DNA of 26,044 bases from Candidatus Zixiibacteriota bacterium (GTDB taxonomy: Bacteria; Zixibacteria; MSB-5A5; CAIYYT01), in NCBI GenBank assembly GCA_040235515.1, contig JBECKX010000085.1, positions 1 to 26,044 on the forward strand, read 5' to 3'. Below, piece after piece: positions 9,329 to 18,130 of the stretch (position 1 is its first letter; each line of letters starts with the position of its first letter). The notes beneath the pieces are model-generated. The model saw only the letters and a program-made list of their open reading frames with translations. It had not been told where the DNA came from and ran no database searches. The position numbers and the translations under genes were made by a program.

Positions 9329-11521
9329 TTACAGCAATTGCCAGCGCTTCCGCAGGTACCACTCCACACAGAGCAGCAGGATAATCAGAATCAGAATGTA
9401 GATGTTGTCAAAGAGGACAAACTCCGATCGACGGACTATTGTCTCTGGCTGCAGGTCGGAGAATTCAGGCATCTCGGCGAGATTGTTGACCGTGTAGAAC
9501 TCCCCACCCGACAACTCACTAACCCGTTTCAGCAGGTCAAAATTCGATATCTGTGATAGATCTTCCAGCGTGTAGGGCTCAACGACGAAGGTGGCGTTCG
9601 GCGCCCCGATCGCCAGTTCACTTCGCTTGACAGTACCGTTAACCTTGTAGTTGCCGGGTGGCAGATAATGGAGCTCCGCCGAGTAGTACCCGGGGCGATC
9701 ATAACGGAAACTGACGAAGGTCGTATCGGCAGGGTTTTCTCTTGAGATCAGAGCCGCTTCCACCTGGGCATCCTCCACGGCGATGTAGCTCTCATCCAGC
9801 ACGCGCGCCTGCAGGTCAACCGATTCGCCCGAAATGAAGATTGGTTTTGCGGGCAGGATCGTAATCCGCTCCAGGTCCTCGCGCGAGACCAGCCAGAGCA
9901 CCGAGTTCTCCATCAATTTGGCAAATGTCGAATCGGAGCTGTTTGCTCCGCGCGCTACCATATCGAGCCGCCAGAGGGGGAAGGCAGAGAGGCAGGCAAC
10001 TTTGCCGTTGCGGTAACGTTGCGCGGCCATGATCGGAACCATCCCGGCGGTTGCTGTCTGTGCCGGTACTTCCGCCAGGATCACAGCTTCACGCCGCGGA
10101 TTGATAGCATCAAGATAGCCGAGGAATGGTGGCAATTGCTGCAATCGACGCTGCGTCTCTTCGCCATCTTCGCTCAATCTGAGCAAGGGATGTATCTTGC
10201 CATGCTCTGTCAGATTGAACTGCACACGCTGTTCGACCACGGTCCGAAGTTCGGCGAAGTCATAAGGAAGGATGCCGCTCTGCAGCGGGCGCTTCGTATG
10301 GTTCCCGAAGTTCTCACCGGCAATGAATAGCATCCCCTTGCCGGTGCGGTCAAAGAACGCATCAAGGAGTTGTTCATGTTGTTGCAGCCAGGCGGCATCG
10401 AAATCGTAGAGAATCAATGCGTCGTATTCGCTCAGCCCATCAACGTTGCTGGGGAACGGGATACTCCCGGTGATCCGTTGCGGCGACTCGATGTACTGGT
10501 CAACCTGGAAATCCTGTTTCGCCTCCAGCGCCTTGCGCATCGAACCAAATTCCCAGTTGAGGTAGGCTGAGGCCAGCAGGATCTTAATCTGACTCTTCCT
10601 GATCTTAACCTGTATCTGCTTATTGTTATTTTTCTGTGACTCCTCGTTCTGTTGCACCGGGATCGATAGCTCAAGCACCAACTCGCCCTCGTTTTGCGGC
10701 TCAAACTTTAGTTCGACGCTCTGTTGGCGTCCCTCACCCACCAGGTCGATGTCGCGCTCGGTCAGGGTGGCATTGCCCTGCTTCAGCCGTACCGGAAGCC
10801 TGACCTTGTCGAATCCGCGAGATTCAATCGTGACCTCAACCGGAAACTCCTTGCCGACGAACCCGACCGGATTGTTTTTGACATCCACAATCTTGATATC
10901 CGGCAGCGGATTCGGGTCGCCGAAACCGACTGTTGTGATCGGAACCCCCAGTTGCTTTGCTTCCGATGCCGGATTGCGTCCGAGATTGGACGAGCCGTCA
11001 GACAGGAGGATCACCCGCCGCAGGTTTTCCTCTTCCATCGCTGCAGCCAGATAGTCCAATGCATCACCGAGAGCCGTGACCGGCTGCGAACCGTCAAGCG
11101 GTGCATTGGCGCGGATTGAATCGGAAACGGCATACTGCAGAACTCTTGCGCCCGGAGGAATGCGGTCACTCACCTCCTTGAGGATTTCACTCATGCGCTC
11201 AAACTGCGGTCCCGACTCGCGGTTCTGTCGCATCGAAGCGGAGTTGTCGACCAGCACAGCGACCGTAGGCTCTTTGACATCCTCACTCTTGACTATCACG
11301 AGCGGTTCGGCGAACACAAAGAAGAGTGCCGCCAGGGCAAGGCCCCGCAGTACCCCCAACGTGATTCGCCAGGCGCCCGAGAGCATCGGGTTGGTGCGGT
11401 GATAGTAGAAATAGGTCAGGATTATCGTGACAACGAACGCCAGCACGATCAGCCAGAGCCAGACCGAGGTGAACGCGAGGGAGTATGACGCGGCCACTGC
11501 GCTTGAGAAATGATCAAACAT
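9329..11521 (-). CDS. Membrane protein with VWA domain, Ig-like domain and glutamine-amidotransferase-like domain
   Basis: Two N-terminal TM helices (LR.LAL..L..AEP), MIDAS motif VLVDNSASM..T..LLSDG, C-terminal LKRVSELSGG..LLCVEWYLRKR anchor. Confidence 0.82.
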   Translation of the reverse strand: MFDHFSSAVAASYSLAFTSVWLWLIVLAFVVTIILTYFYYHRTNPMLSGAWRITLGVLRGLALAALFFVFAEPLVIVKSEDVKEPTVAVLVDNSASMRQNRESGPQFERMSEILKEVSDRIPPGARVLQYAVSDSIRANAPLDGSQPVTALGDALDYLAAAMEEENLRRVILLSDGSSNLGRNPASEAKQLGVPITTVGFGDPNPLPDIKIVDVKNNPVGFVGKEFPVEVTIESRGFDKVRLPVRLKQGNATLTERDIDLVGEGRQQSVELKFEPQNEGELVLELSIPVQQNEESQKNNNKQIQVKIRKSQIKILLASAYLNWEFGSMRKALEAKQDFQVDQYIESPQRITGSIPFPSNVDGLSEYDALILYDFDAAWLQQHEQLLDAFFDRTGKGMLFIAGENFGNHTKRPLQSGILPYDFAELRTVVEQRVQFNLTEHGKIHPLLRLSEDGEETQRRLQQLPPFLGYLDAINPRREAVILAEVPAQTATAGMVPIMAAQRYRNGKVACLSAFPLWRLDMVARGANSSDSTFAKLMENSVLWLVSREDLERITILPAKPIFISGESVDLQARVLDESYIAVEDAQVEAALISRENPADTTFVSFRYDRPGYYSAELHYLPPGNYKVNGTVKRSELAIGAPNATFVVEPYTLEDLSQISNFDLLKRVSELSGGEFYTVNNLAEMPEFSDLQPETIVRRSEFVLFDNIYILILIILLLCVEWYLRKRWQLL

Positions 11522-11609
11522 ATATTCGTTATACTTGGCTGGAGCGGAAAAGTGGCAACGGGAAGTCGATTAAATGGAGCAATAATTGGAATGCGGGAGG
11601 ATTCACTGC

Positions 11610-12602
11610 CTAGACGTCGCGATTGATCGAGAAATTCGCCAGCTTTTCCAGAGTTTTGAAATGCTCGTTACTCTGGAACGGCTCCATATAGGTCAGCGCA
11701 CGGTCGGCCAGCGAAGCTGCCCGCGCACGGGCATAGTCGATACCGCCGGATGTATAAACGAAATCGAGAACCTTCTCAAAGCCACCATTCTCTATGCCAT
11801 CCTCCAGTATTTTCAGAATAGCCTGCCTGGTAGAAGTCTGAGATTTCTTGAGGGCATATATCAACGGCAGTGTCATTTTGCCGCCCTCCAGATCAATGCC
11901 GATCTTCTTGCCGGTACGCTTGCTGTCACCCACCAGGTCAAGGAGATCATCCGCAATCTGGAACGCGCAACCGGAATACTCTCCGAAGTTTTCGAGGCGG
12001 GTCACGACATCTCGCGACGCTCTACCGAGCAGCGACGGGGAGACCGCCGAAGTCGAGAAGAGAGCAGCTGTCTTGTCGGATATGATCCGCATATACTCTT
12101 CCTCGGAAAGATTGTAGTTGTGAGTTTCCTCAATCTGCCGTAGCTCACCAACCGAGACCCGCTCGGTCGCCTTGGAAACACGACCCAGCAATTCAATCGA
12201 ACCGGTCTTCACGAGGAGGGTGAATGCCTTGGCAAAGAAGTAGTCTCCCATCAACACCGAGGTGAGATTGTTCCACTTGGAATTGACCGTCAACTCGCCG
12301 CGCCGAGTATCGGATTCATCGACGACGTCATCGTGAAGCAGGGTCGCGGTGTGGATCATCTCCACCGAAAGCGCTGCTTCCACCAGGTGCTTTGACTCCA
12401 GCCCCGTGGCTTTGCTTACCAGGAATGCAAAAGTTGGCCTCAGCCGCTTCCCCTTGGTGCTGAGCAGATGTCGAGAAATGGCAAAGATGAGCGGGGATTC
12501 GTGCTTGAGGACCTTTGCCTCAAGGCGGTTAAACCGATCTAATTCGGCCTGAATCGGCGCTGTTAGCTCGGACAGATCATTTGATTCAGTCACTGTTGAC
12601 AT
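11610..12602 (-). CDS. ispB: Trans-polyprenyl diphosphate synthase (IspB/HepT-like)
   Basis: GKRLRP, LHDDVVD..RRG, GDY, KTA.LF, FQIADDLLD, GK..G.DL..GKMTLP. Confidence 0.9.
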   Translation of the reverse strand: MSTVTESNDLSELTAPIQAELDRFNRLEAKVLKHESPLIFAISRHLLSTKGKRLRPTFAFLVSKATGLESKHLVEAALSVEMIHTATLLHDDVVDESDTRRGELTVNSKWNNLTSVLMGDYFFAKAFTLLVKTGSIELLGRVSKATERVSVGELRQIEETHNYNLSEEEYMRIISDKTAALFSTSAVSPSLLGRASRDVVTRLENFGEYSGCAFQIADDLLDLVGDSKRTGKKIGIDLEGGKMTLPLIYALKKSQTSTRQAILKILEDGIENGGFEKVLDFVYTSGGIDYARARAASLADRALTYMEPFQSNEHFKTLEKLANFSINRDV

Positions 12603-12736
12603 AGCGCGTAACTTATCCTTTCAGCCAGTCCAAAGCAACCATTTTATATAACGCATGAATCGTAGGGGAAATGGCATCAGTTTCGACCCGTAACGCTTCA
12701 GAGTTTTGTGCCGCAGAGGACTGTGCCCCTCTTGAT

Positions 12737-12772
12737 AAGAAAAGGCGGGCGACCCATCGTAAGTCACCCGCC
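12737..12772 (-). terminator. Intrinsic terminator after the tandem dockerin genes
   Basis: GGCGGGTGAC-loop-GTCGCCCGCC followed by TTTTCTT on the minus strand. Confidence 0.75.
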
Positions 12773-12822
12773 GGAGTTGTCGAATCATCGCTGTGGCAAC
12801 GAGTTCGAATCGTACGGCACAG

Positions 12823-13797
12823 CTACTGAGAGCATCCGGGCGGCGATCCCCCGCCAAAGAGATACTGGATAAGCCCCACGGCATCCCCCAGTGACAGGAC
12901 GCCGTCGCAGTTGACATCCCCGCGCACCGGGTCACAATTGTTCGGGAGCTGGTTTACCGTCACTTTGATAGTGAGCGGCAGTTCATATTGCGCCGTATCG
13001 ATTATGCGCACATAGAGATTCCAGATACCATACTGAAAGATTCCCGGAATCCAGGGAATCGAAGCAGGATTGGTACCAACCACTGCAGGGAGTGAATCGC
13101 TTGCGATCTGGTCACCGGTAACAGCATTCACAATGCTGTCCACAACGACTGCGGCTACGGGCAAAGACGAGTAGACTTCGACGACAATCGGTATCTCATA
13201 CCCGGCATTACCGGTATAGGTAGTCTGAGAAATCAGGAAGAACTCGCCCGGTGCGTTTTCCAGCGTAAGGACGCCGCCAACGAACTGCGGCACGAATTCG
13301 TTCTGACCGCTAAGGAAAATCACGGGGCCTGCAGGGATTGTGTATGCCGTATCTACTTCAATCTGTTGGCCACCAATCGCTCCGTGGAAGAACACATCCC
13401 CCAGCTTGTAGCGTCCCGGCGGCAGGGAGTTATTGCCGATGGCCGCCAGCGGGACCGTATCTGGAAGTGTGCCCTCCAGAGTAATCGAATATTGGCCGAA
13501 ACCGAGAAGTTCGAACGCCACAACAACCTCGGGTGAGGAGGCAGCTATCGAAACCGAGTCGAAGGCAACCCCCGGGTGTAGTGTGCCGAACTCCATCCCG
13601 AAATTGAAGGCGTTCACCGGTTCGTCGCAGGTGAAAAAGACGGGTACCTTGTAGTTCCCGTTAAGAATCCCGAAGGCTTTGCCATCCTCTCCAAAATAGA
13701 GGGTGTCTGGTACCCCGGGGTCGGCAGCCAGAACAATCCCGGTTGAGAAGACCAGAATCAGGCCGGCAGCGAGTATTTTCAAGAACAGGTTGTTCAT
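12823..13797 (-). CDS. Secreted beta-sandwich protein with C-terminal dockerin repeat (paralog B)
   Basis: Signal peptide MNNLFLKILAAGLILVFSTGIVLA; DPGVPDT start; RGDVNCDGVLSLGDAVGLIQYLFGGGSPP; RBS GGAG before ATG 13797. Confidence 0.85.
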   Translation of the reverse strand: MNNLFLKILAAGLILVFSTGIVLAADPGVPDTLYFGEDGKAFGILNGNYKVPVFFTCDEPVNAFNFGMEFGTLHPGVAFDSVSIAASSPEVVVAFELLGFGQYSITLEGTLPDTVPLAAIGNNSLPPGRYKLGDVFFHGAIGGQQIEVDTAYTIPAGPVIFLSGQNEFVPQFVGGVLTLENAPGEFFLISQTTYTGNAGYEIPIVVEVYSSLPVAAVVVDSIVNAVTGDQIASDSLPAVVGTNPASIPWIPGIFQYGIWNLYVRIIDTAQYELPLTIKVTVNQLPNNCDPVRGDVNCDGVLSLGDAVGLIQYLFGGGSPPGCSQ

Positions 13798-13842
13798 TTC
13801 ATATCTCCATTCCAAGGCAGTTAGCGACTTCTGCATGACACT

Positions 13843-14820
13843 CTACCGGCACTGCGGTGGTAATCCACCGCCGAAGATGTAGTTGATAAGATAGACCGCG
13901 TCTCCGATCGAGACGAAACCGTCACAGTTGGCGTCACCACGTACCACGTCGCAATCTTCCGGCAGTTCGTTGACGGTGATGTTGAGTGTCAACTCCAGCA
14001 TGTTGGTCGCCCCATCCGAGATTGTGAAGAACGCCTGCCACTCTCCATACTGGATAGTATTCGGAGTCCAGATTGCCTGGAATGGATTTGAGCCCATCAC
14101 GTTGGGTAGTGAGTCGGATGCAATCTGGAAGCCGCCCGAAACGTTCACGATGCTGTCGAGAGACGCGCTGTTGATTCCCCAGCCCGATACGACATCAAGC
14201 AGCAATGAAATCGGGTGTCCGGCATCGCCTGCGAATGACGTGGGAGTGAGAAGGTAGAATTCGCCGGGCGAGTTGGTAATCTCCAGGGTGCCGCCCACGA
14301 ATTGGGGTGCGTACTCTTCACCGAGAGGTTCAAGTAGCGCGAAATCCGCGGCTGGGGGAGCAAACGCGGAGTCGAAGGCGACAAACTCACCAAACGATGC
14401 TCCATGAAAGTAGACATCACCAAGCTTGTAGCGCCCCGGGCTCAATGGAGCATGAATCCCGAGACCGACCATCCCGATCGTATCGGGGAGAATACCGTCG
14501 CCCACATAGGTATATGCGCGGAAACTGAGTCCGTCGAAAACCGCCCAGGTCTCCGGGCTGGCGAAAACGGTAGATACAGAGTCGAATACTATGTTTGGAT
14601 TGAGCGGGAGCATCTCCATGCCTGGCTGGACAGCGATTACCGCCTGGTCAGACACCATGTAGATAGGTACTTTGAAGACGCCTCCAGCAAGCCCGTGAGC
14701 AGTTCCCTGGTCACCGAAGTAAACGGTGTCAGGGATGCCGGTATCTTGCGCATTGATTGTGTTGCACACAAGGAATGCCAGTGCTACCGACACCAAAAGT
14801 TCCTTGAGGGGGCTTCTCAT
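13843..14820 (-). CDS. Secreted beta-sandwich protein with C-terminal dockerin repeat (paralog A)
   Basis: Signal peptide; DTGIPDT; RGDANCDGFVSIGDAVYLINYIFGGGLPP; collinear with paralog B (PGRYKLGDV.FHGA, PQFVGG, QIASDSLP). Confidence 0.85.
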   Translation of the reverse strand: MRSPLKELLVSVALAFLVCNTINAQDTGIPDTVYFGDQGTAHGLAGGVFKVPIYMVSDQAVIAVQPGMEMLPLNPNIVFDSVSTVFASPETWAVFDGLSFRAYTYVGDGILPDTIGMVGLGIHAPLSPGRYKLGDVYFHGASFGEFVAFDSAFAPPAADFALLEPLGEEYAPQFVGGTLEITNSPGEFYLLTPTSFAGDAGHPISLLLDVVSGWGINSASLDSIVNVSGGFQIASDSLPNVMGSNPFQAIWTPNTIQYGEWQAFFTISDGATNMLELTLNITVNELPEDCDVVRGDANCDGFVSIGDAVYLINYIFGGGLPPQCR

Positions 14821-14949
14821 CGTGCAACTCCTTTCCCGAAGGAAGAGGTGAGGGGTACAGCGAGACGATTTTGCGGAGAGAGTCGATACTATCGCCGGGC
14901 CCGTGTTTGTGGGTATTCCTCAGGTTTATTTTGTTATGTTGATACAATT

Positions 14950-14979
14950 ACTATAAACGAACTTCGACAAAGTTGTCAA
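14950..14979 (-). promoter_or_regulatory. Sigma70-type promoter of the dockerin pair
   Basis: TTGACA-18 nt-TATAGT on the minus strand. Confidence 0.6.
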
Positions 14980-15122
14980 GCTAAAACTGTGTTAGATTTG
15001 AGTTTGCGAGGATTCGCAGCGATTGCAGGAAGCCCACTGTAACCTCAATCCTGCAAGACTCGTAGTTTCCTGAAAGAGAGTTGCAGTCAAACCCATCGAC
15101 ATAAATCAAGGAGCTGATACTC

Positions 15123-16202
15123 ATGCGTAATCTGGAAAGGATACAACCGGCGCGACCAGCGCTCGTCTGGAGTCTGACCCTCGTACTATTCGCCTCACTC
15201 TGCGTAACCCTCACTCCCGTGCAAGCTTGGGGGCAGGAGAGTGCCGCGGCGGACAGCCTCGGCGTCCATGAAAGGCTGGTGGAAGAGGCACAGGCCGTTG
15301 CGCCATTGATGAAATCGACTCTGGCGAAGCGCTTGCTGGAAGCCAGCAGCAGTCTGCCGGTGATCTCCGAACCGCGCGTTCTTTACACAAACGCGGAGAC
15401 CAGGGAAGTGCTGAGTGAGGCCGAAGCAGCGGAGCTCTCCGAGGAGGAGTTGAGCGGCTTTGAGGCAAAGGAGCGAGATGGAGAATTCTATTACTACACC
15501 GGTTATGGCACACCCCTTGCCGCGGTGCATGCTTATGACCTGGTCGCGCAGCAGACCCTGCCACCTGCGAATGAACTGCGGATTCTGGAGTTCGGTTATG
15601 GATCGATCGGCCAACTGCGGTTGCTGGCGAGCCTCGGCGCAGAGGTGACCGGCATCGAAGTCAGCAAGACGTTGCGGGCTCTCTATAGCTATCCGGGTGA
15701 TACCGGCAAAATTGCGGCCGCAGCGGTCGAGGGGGCGAAGGCTGGCTATCTGAAGCTGATCGATGGTCACTTCCCCGGCGACAGCGCGGTCATGAGCCAG
15801 ATCAGTGGGTCATACGATATCTTCCTGTCAAAGAACACCCTCAAGCGCGGCTACATCCATCCCGAAGCTGAGGTTGACCCGAGGATGCTTGTTCACCTCG
15901 GCGTAGATGATACGACATTCGTGGAGACGGTGCATCGGCTGCTGAAACCGGGAGGGTACTTCATGATTTACAACCTCTGCCCGAAGTATACCCCGCCCGA
16001 TGCAGATAAGTATATCCCGTGGTCGGATGGTCGCTGCCCCTTCGATCGGGAACTGATCGAGAAGAGCGGTTTTGAGGTGATCGAGTATAACCGGGACGAC
16101 ACGGAGTTCGCCCATACGATGGCGAAGGCGTTTGGCTGGGACTCGATGATGGATCTTGAGAACGATCTCTACGGTGTCTATACACTGCTGCGAAGAAAGT
16201 AA
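15123..16202 (+). CDS. Class I SAM-dependent methyltransferase-fold protein with signal peptide
   Basis: Motif I-like ILEFGYGSIG, VTGIEVS, YDIFLS, HRLLKPGGYF; N-terminal h-region ending VQA; RBS AAGGAG. Confidence 0.78.
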   Translation: MRNLERIQPARPALVWSLTLVLFASLCVTLTPVQAWGQESAAADSLGVHERLVEEAQAVAPLMKSTLAKRLLEASSSLPVISEPRVLYTNAETREVLSEAEAAELSEEELSGFEAKERDGEFYYYTGYGTPLAAVHAYDLVAQQTLPPANELRILEFGYGSIGQLRLLASLGAEVTGIEVSKTLRALYSYPGDTGKIAAAAVEGAKAGYLKLIDGHFPGDSAVMSQISGSYDIFLSKNTLKRGYIHPEAEVDPRMLVHLGVDDTTFVETVHRLLKPGGYFMIYNLCPKYTPPDADKYIPWSDGRCPFDRELIEKSGFEVIEYNRDDTEFAHTMAKAFGWDSMMDLENDLYGVYTLLRRK

Positions 16203-16279
16203 GAGGGGGGAGAGAGCTTTGATGTTAACAGCTTTGACTCGACCACGATCACTGCATGAGGCAAAGCTGCAATTCGGCA

Positions 16280-16930
16280 AAACGATCCAGGGACGGATGG
16301 TGTATCCGTCCCTGGTCACGGTAGATCAAGACCCCTTAGGTGGGGGTTTTGATTGGAAAGGCTAGCGAGAGATCGTCGGTCAGGTTGGTTGATGTGCCGG
16401 ACGGAGATCTCATTATTGTCACAGCATCACGAAAAGCCTTGATCTGCCGGATTTAGGCTCCTCGCAACCGAGGTCTGTGACTCTAACTGACCTCCGCAGA
16501 CACAGTTTGACCATGCATCGGTTCTGCATCAGGTAACCTGATCAGAGCCGATGTTGCGATCCGCTCGTAGCCTCAAGCGGGGTTAACAGCGATTTCGCGT
16601 GAGCGCATGGCGCTCCGACAGCGGCTATTTTCCCACTCAGTTGTGTAAGGAGGTACGATCAAACCGAAACCTCACGCCACCTCCGACTATGCTCAGCGCC
16701 AATTGGCTTGCCTGCACATTGGGAGTCCTCATGTCGCGAGGTTCCGACTGCGAATCTCTTTCTATTCTGTTTTTGATGTCGATCCGAAAGTGCTTCTCGG
16801 CCTGATGAGAAATAGGTGAGGGATTGCCAGCAGATCCGGCACCGCTGCCTGACGATACCAGATTGGGCGGAATCGACTTCCATGTCTTTCGACTTATGCT
16901 CGAATCGGAAACCTGAGCCTTTTCACTCCA
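16280..16930 (+). ncRNA. Candidate structured non-coding RNA region of unknown family
   Basis: No credible ORF in a ~900-nt gap; many nested helices whose G-U pairs favour the + strand. Confidence 0.35.
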
Positions 16931-17102
16931 GCTACCTTTCAAGCCAAATTACCATAATCTTCCGCGTGATTAAACGCAGAATAGCACTATAAAGTTCCCG
17001 AATTGATACGACGTGGAAAAGCCGTCAATGTGGAATCGTATCTTGCAACTTTGCTTTGCAGTCGCAAAATTTGATTCCGAACTCAAATCGCAGGGAGGTA
17101 TG

Positions 17103-18107
17103 ATGAAAACTGGAGATTTGATACCCAAATTCACTTCGTTTATAGCGCTGTTGCTGCTAACCGCGCTCGTGGCTCAGGCCACGAGCGAAGATTTGAAGCC
17201 GTTGCACCCGGTTAACACCTATTCGATCGTCGCCTTCGACAGCACAACCGGTCAATTCGGTGCCGCCGTGCAATCGCATTGGTTCAAGGTTGCGGATGTC
17301 ATCTGGGCGGAGCCGGGAGTGGGCGCGGTGGCGACGCAAAGTCTTGCAGAGTTCAGTTACGGCGCCCTCGGATTGGAAATGATGCGTCTGGGGAAAACCG
17401 CCGAGCAGGCTTTGAACGGTTTGCTGGCCAGCGATCCCAACAGCGCGGTCAGACAGGTCGCTATGATTGATCGGAATGGCGTCGTGGCGACCCACACGGG
17501 AGCGAAATGCATCGCCTATGCCGGGCATCATGTTGGCTATCACTACTCGGTTCAGGCCAACTTGATGGCAGACTCGACCGTCTGGGGGGCGATGGCGGCG
17601 GCGTTTGAGCGCAGCGGTGGTGATCTGGCAGAGAGGATGATGGCAGCGTTGGAGGCGGCGCAGGGGGAGGGTGGCGACATCCGAGGAATGCAGAGTGCCG
17701 CAATGCTGGTAGTCTCAGGAGACCCGACCGGTCAACCGTGGCGTGATCGGCAGGTAGACCTCCGCGTCGACGACTCGCCTCAACCGTTGACCGAGCTACG
17801 TCGACTACTCAATATCTCGCGCGCCTATGATCATATGGATAAGGGGGATGAATACATCGCCGAGGAAGATTTCGAAGCTGCAAACAGAGAGTACGCCACT
17901 GCGGCTGACCTGGCGCCGGGGAATCCGGAGATATTATTCTGGCATGCTGTGACGCTGGTGAGCGCCGGTGAAGTCGCACGCTCTCTCCCCATTTTCAAGC
18001 AGGTGTTCAGTCAGGACGCTAACTGGCGCGAACTGGTGCCACGGCTGGTTGAAGCCGATTTGTTGCCGGGCGATGCTGCCGTCATCCAGCAGATCGTCTC
18101 GCAGTAA
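17103..18107 (+). CDS. DUF1028 family Ntn-hydrolase with signal peptide and C-terminal TPR
   Basis: TYSIVAFD..TGQFGAAVQS, GVGAVATQ, RQVAMID, HTG..C, QANLM, GGDIRG.QSAA, DLRVDD..P..EL.RL; RBS GGAGG. Confidence 0.9.
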   Translation: MKTGDLIPKFTSFIALLLLTALVAQATSEDLKPLHPVNTYSIVAFDSTTGQFGAAVQSHWFKVADVIWAEPGVGAVATQSLAEFSYGALGLEMMRLGKTAEQALNGLLASDPNSAVRQVAMIDRNGVVATHTGAKCIAYAGHHVGYHYSVQANLMADSTVWGAMAAAFERSGGDLAERMMAALEAAQGEGGDIRGMQSAAMLVVSGDPTGQPWRDRQVDLRVDDSPQPLTELRRLLNISRAYDHMDKGDEYIAEEDFEAANREYATAADLAPGNPEILFWHAVTLVSAGEVARSLPIFKQVFSQDANWRELVPRLVEADLLPGDAAVIQQIVSQ

Positions 18108-18130
18108 GTTCTGGTCCGCCAGTGGTACTT

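Noticed and set aside
16579..16625. c-di-AMP (ydaO) riboswitch resemblance GGGGTTAA..CCGACAGC
   Set aside because: The 5' GCUGAAUCC/GGAGGAAC and 3' UAACUCCG elements are missing
16783..16815. Hammerhead ribozyme (CGAAA..CTGATGA)
   Set aside because: The required stems I-III cannot be formed around the core
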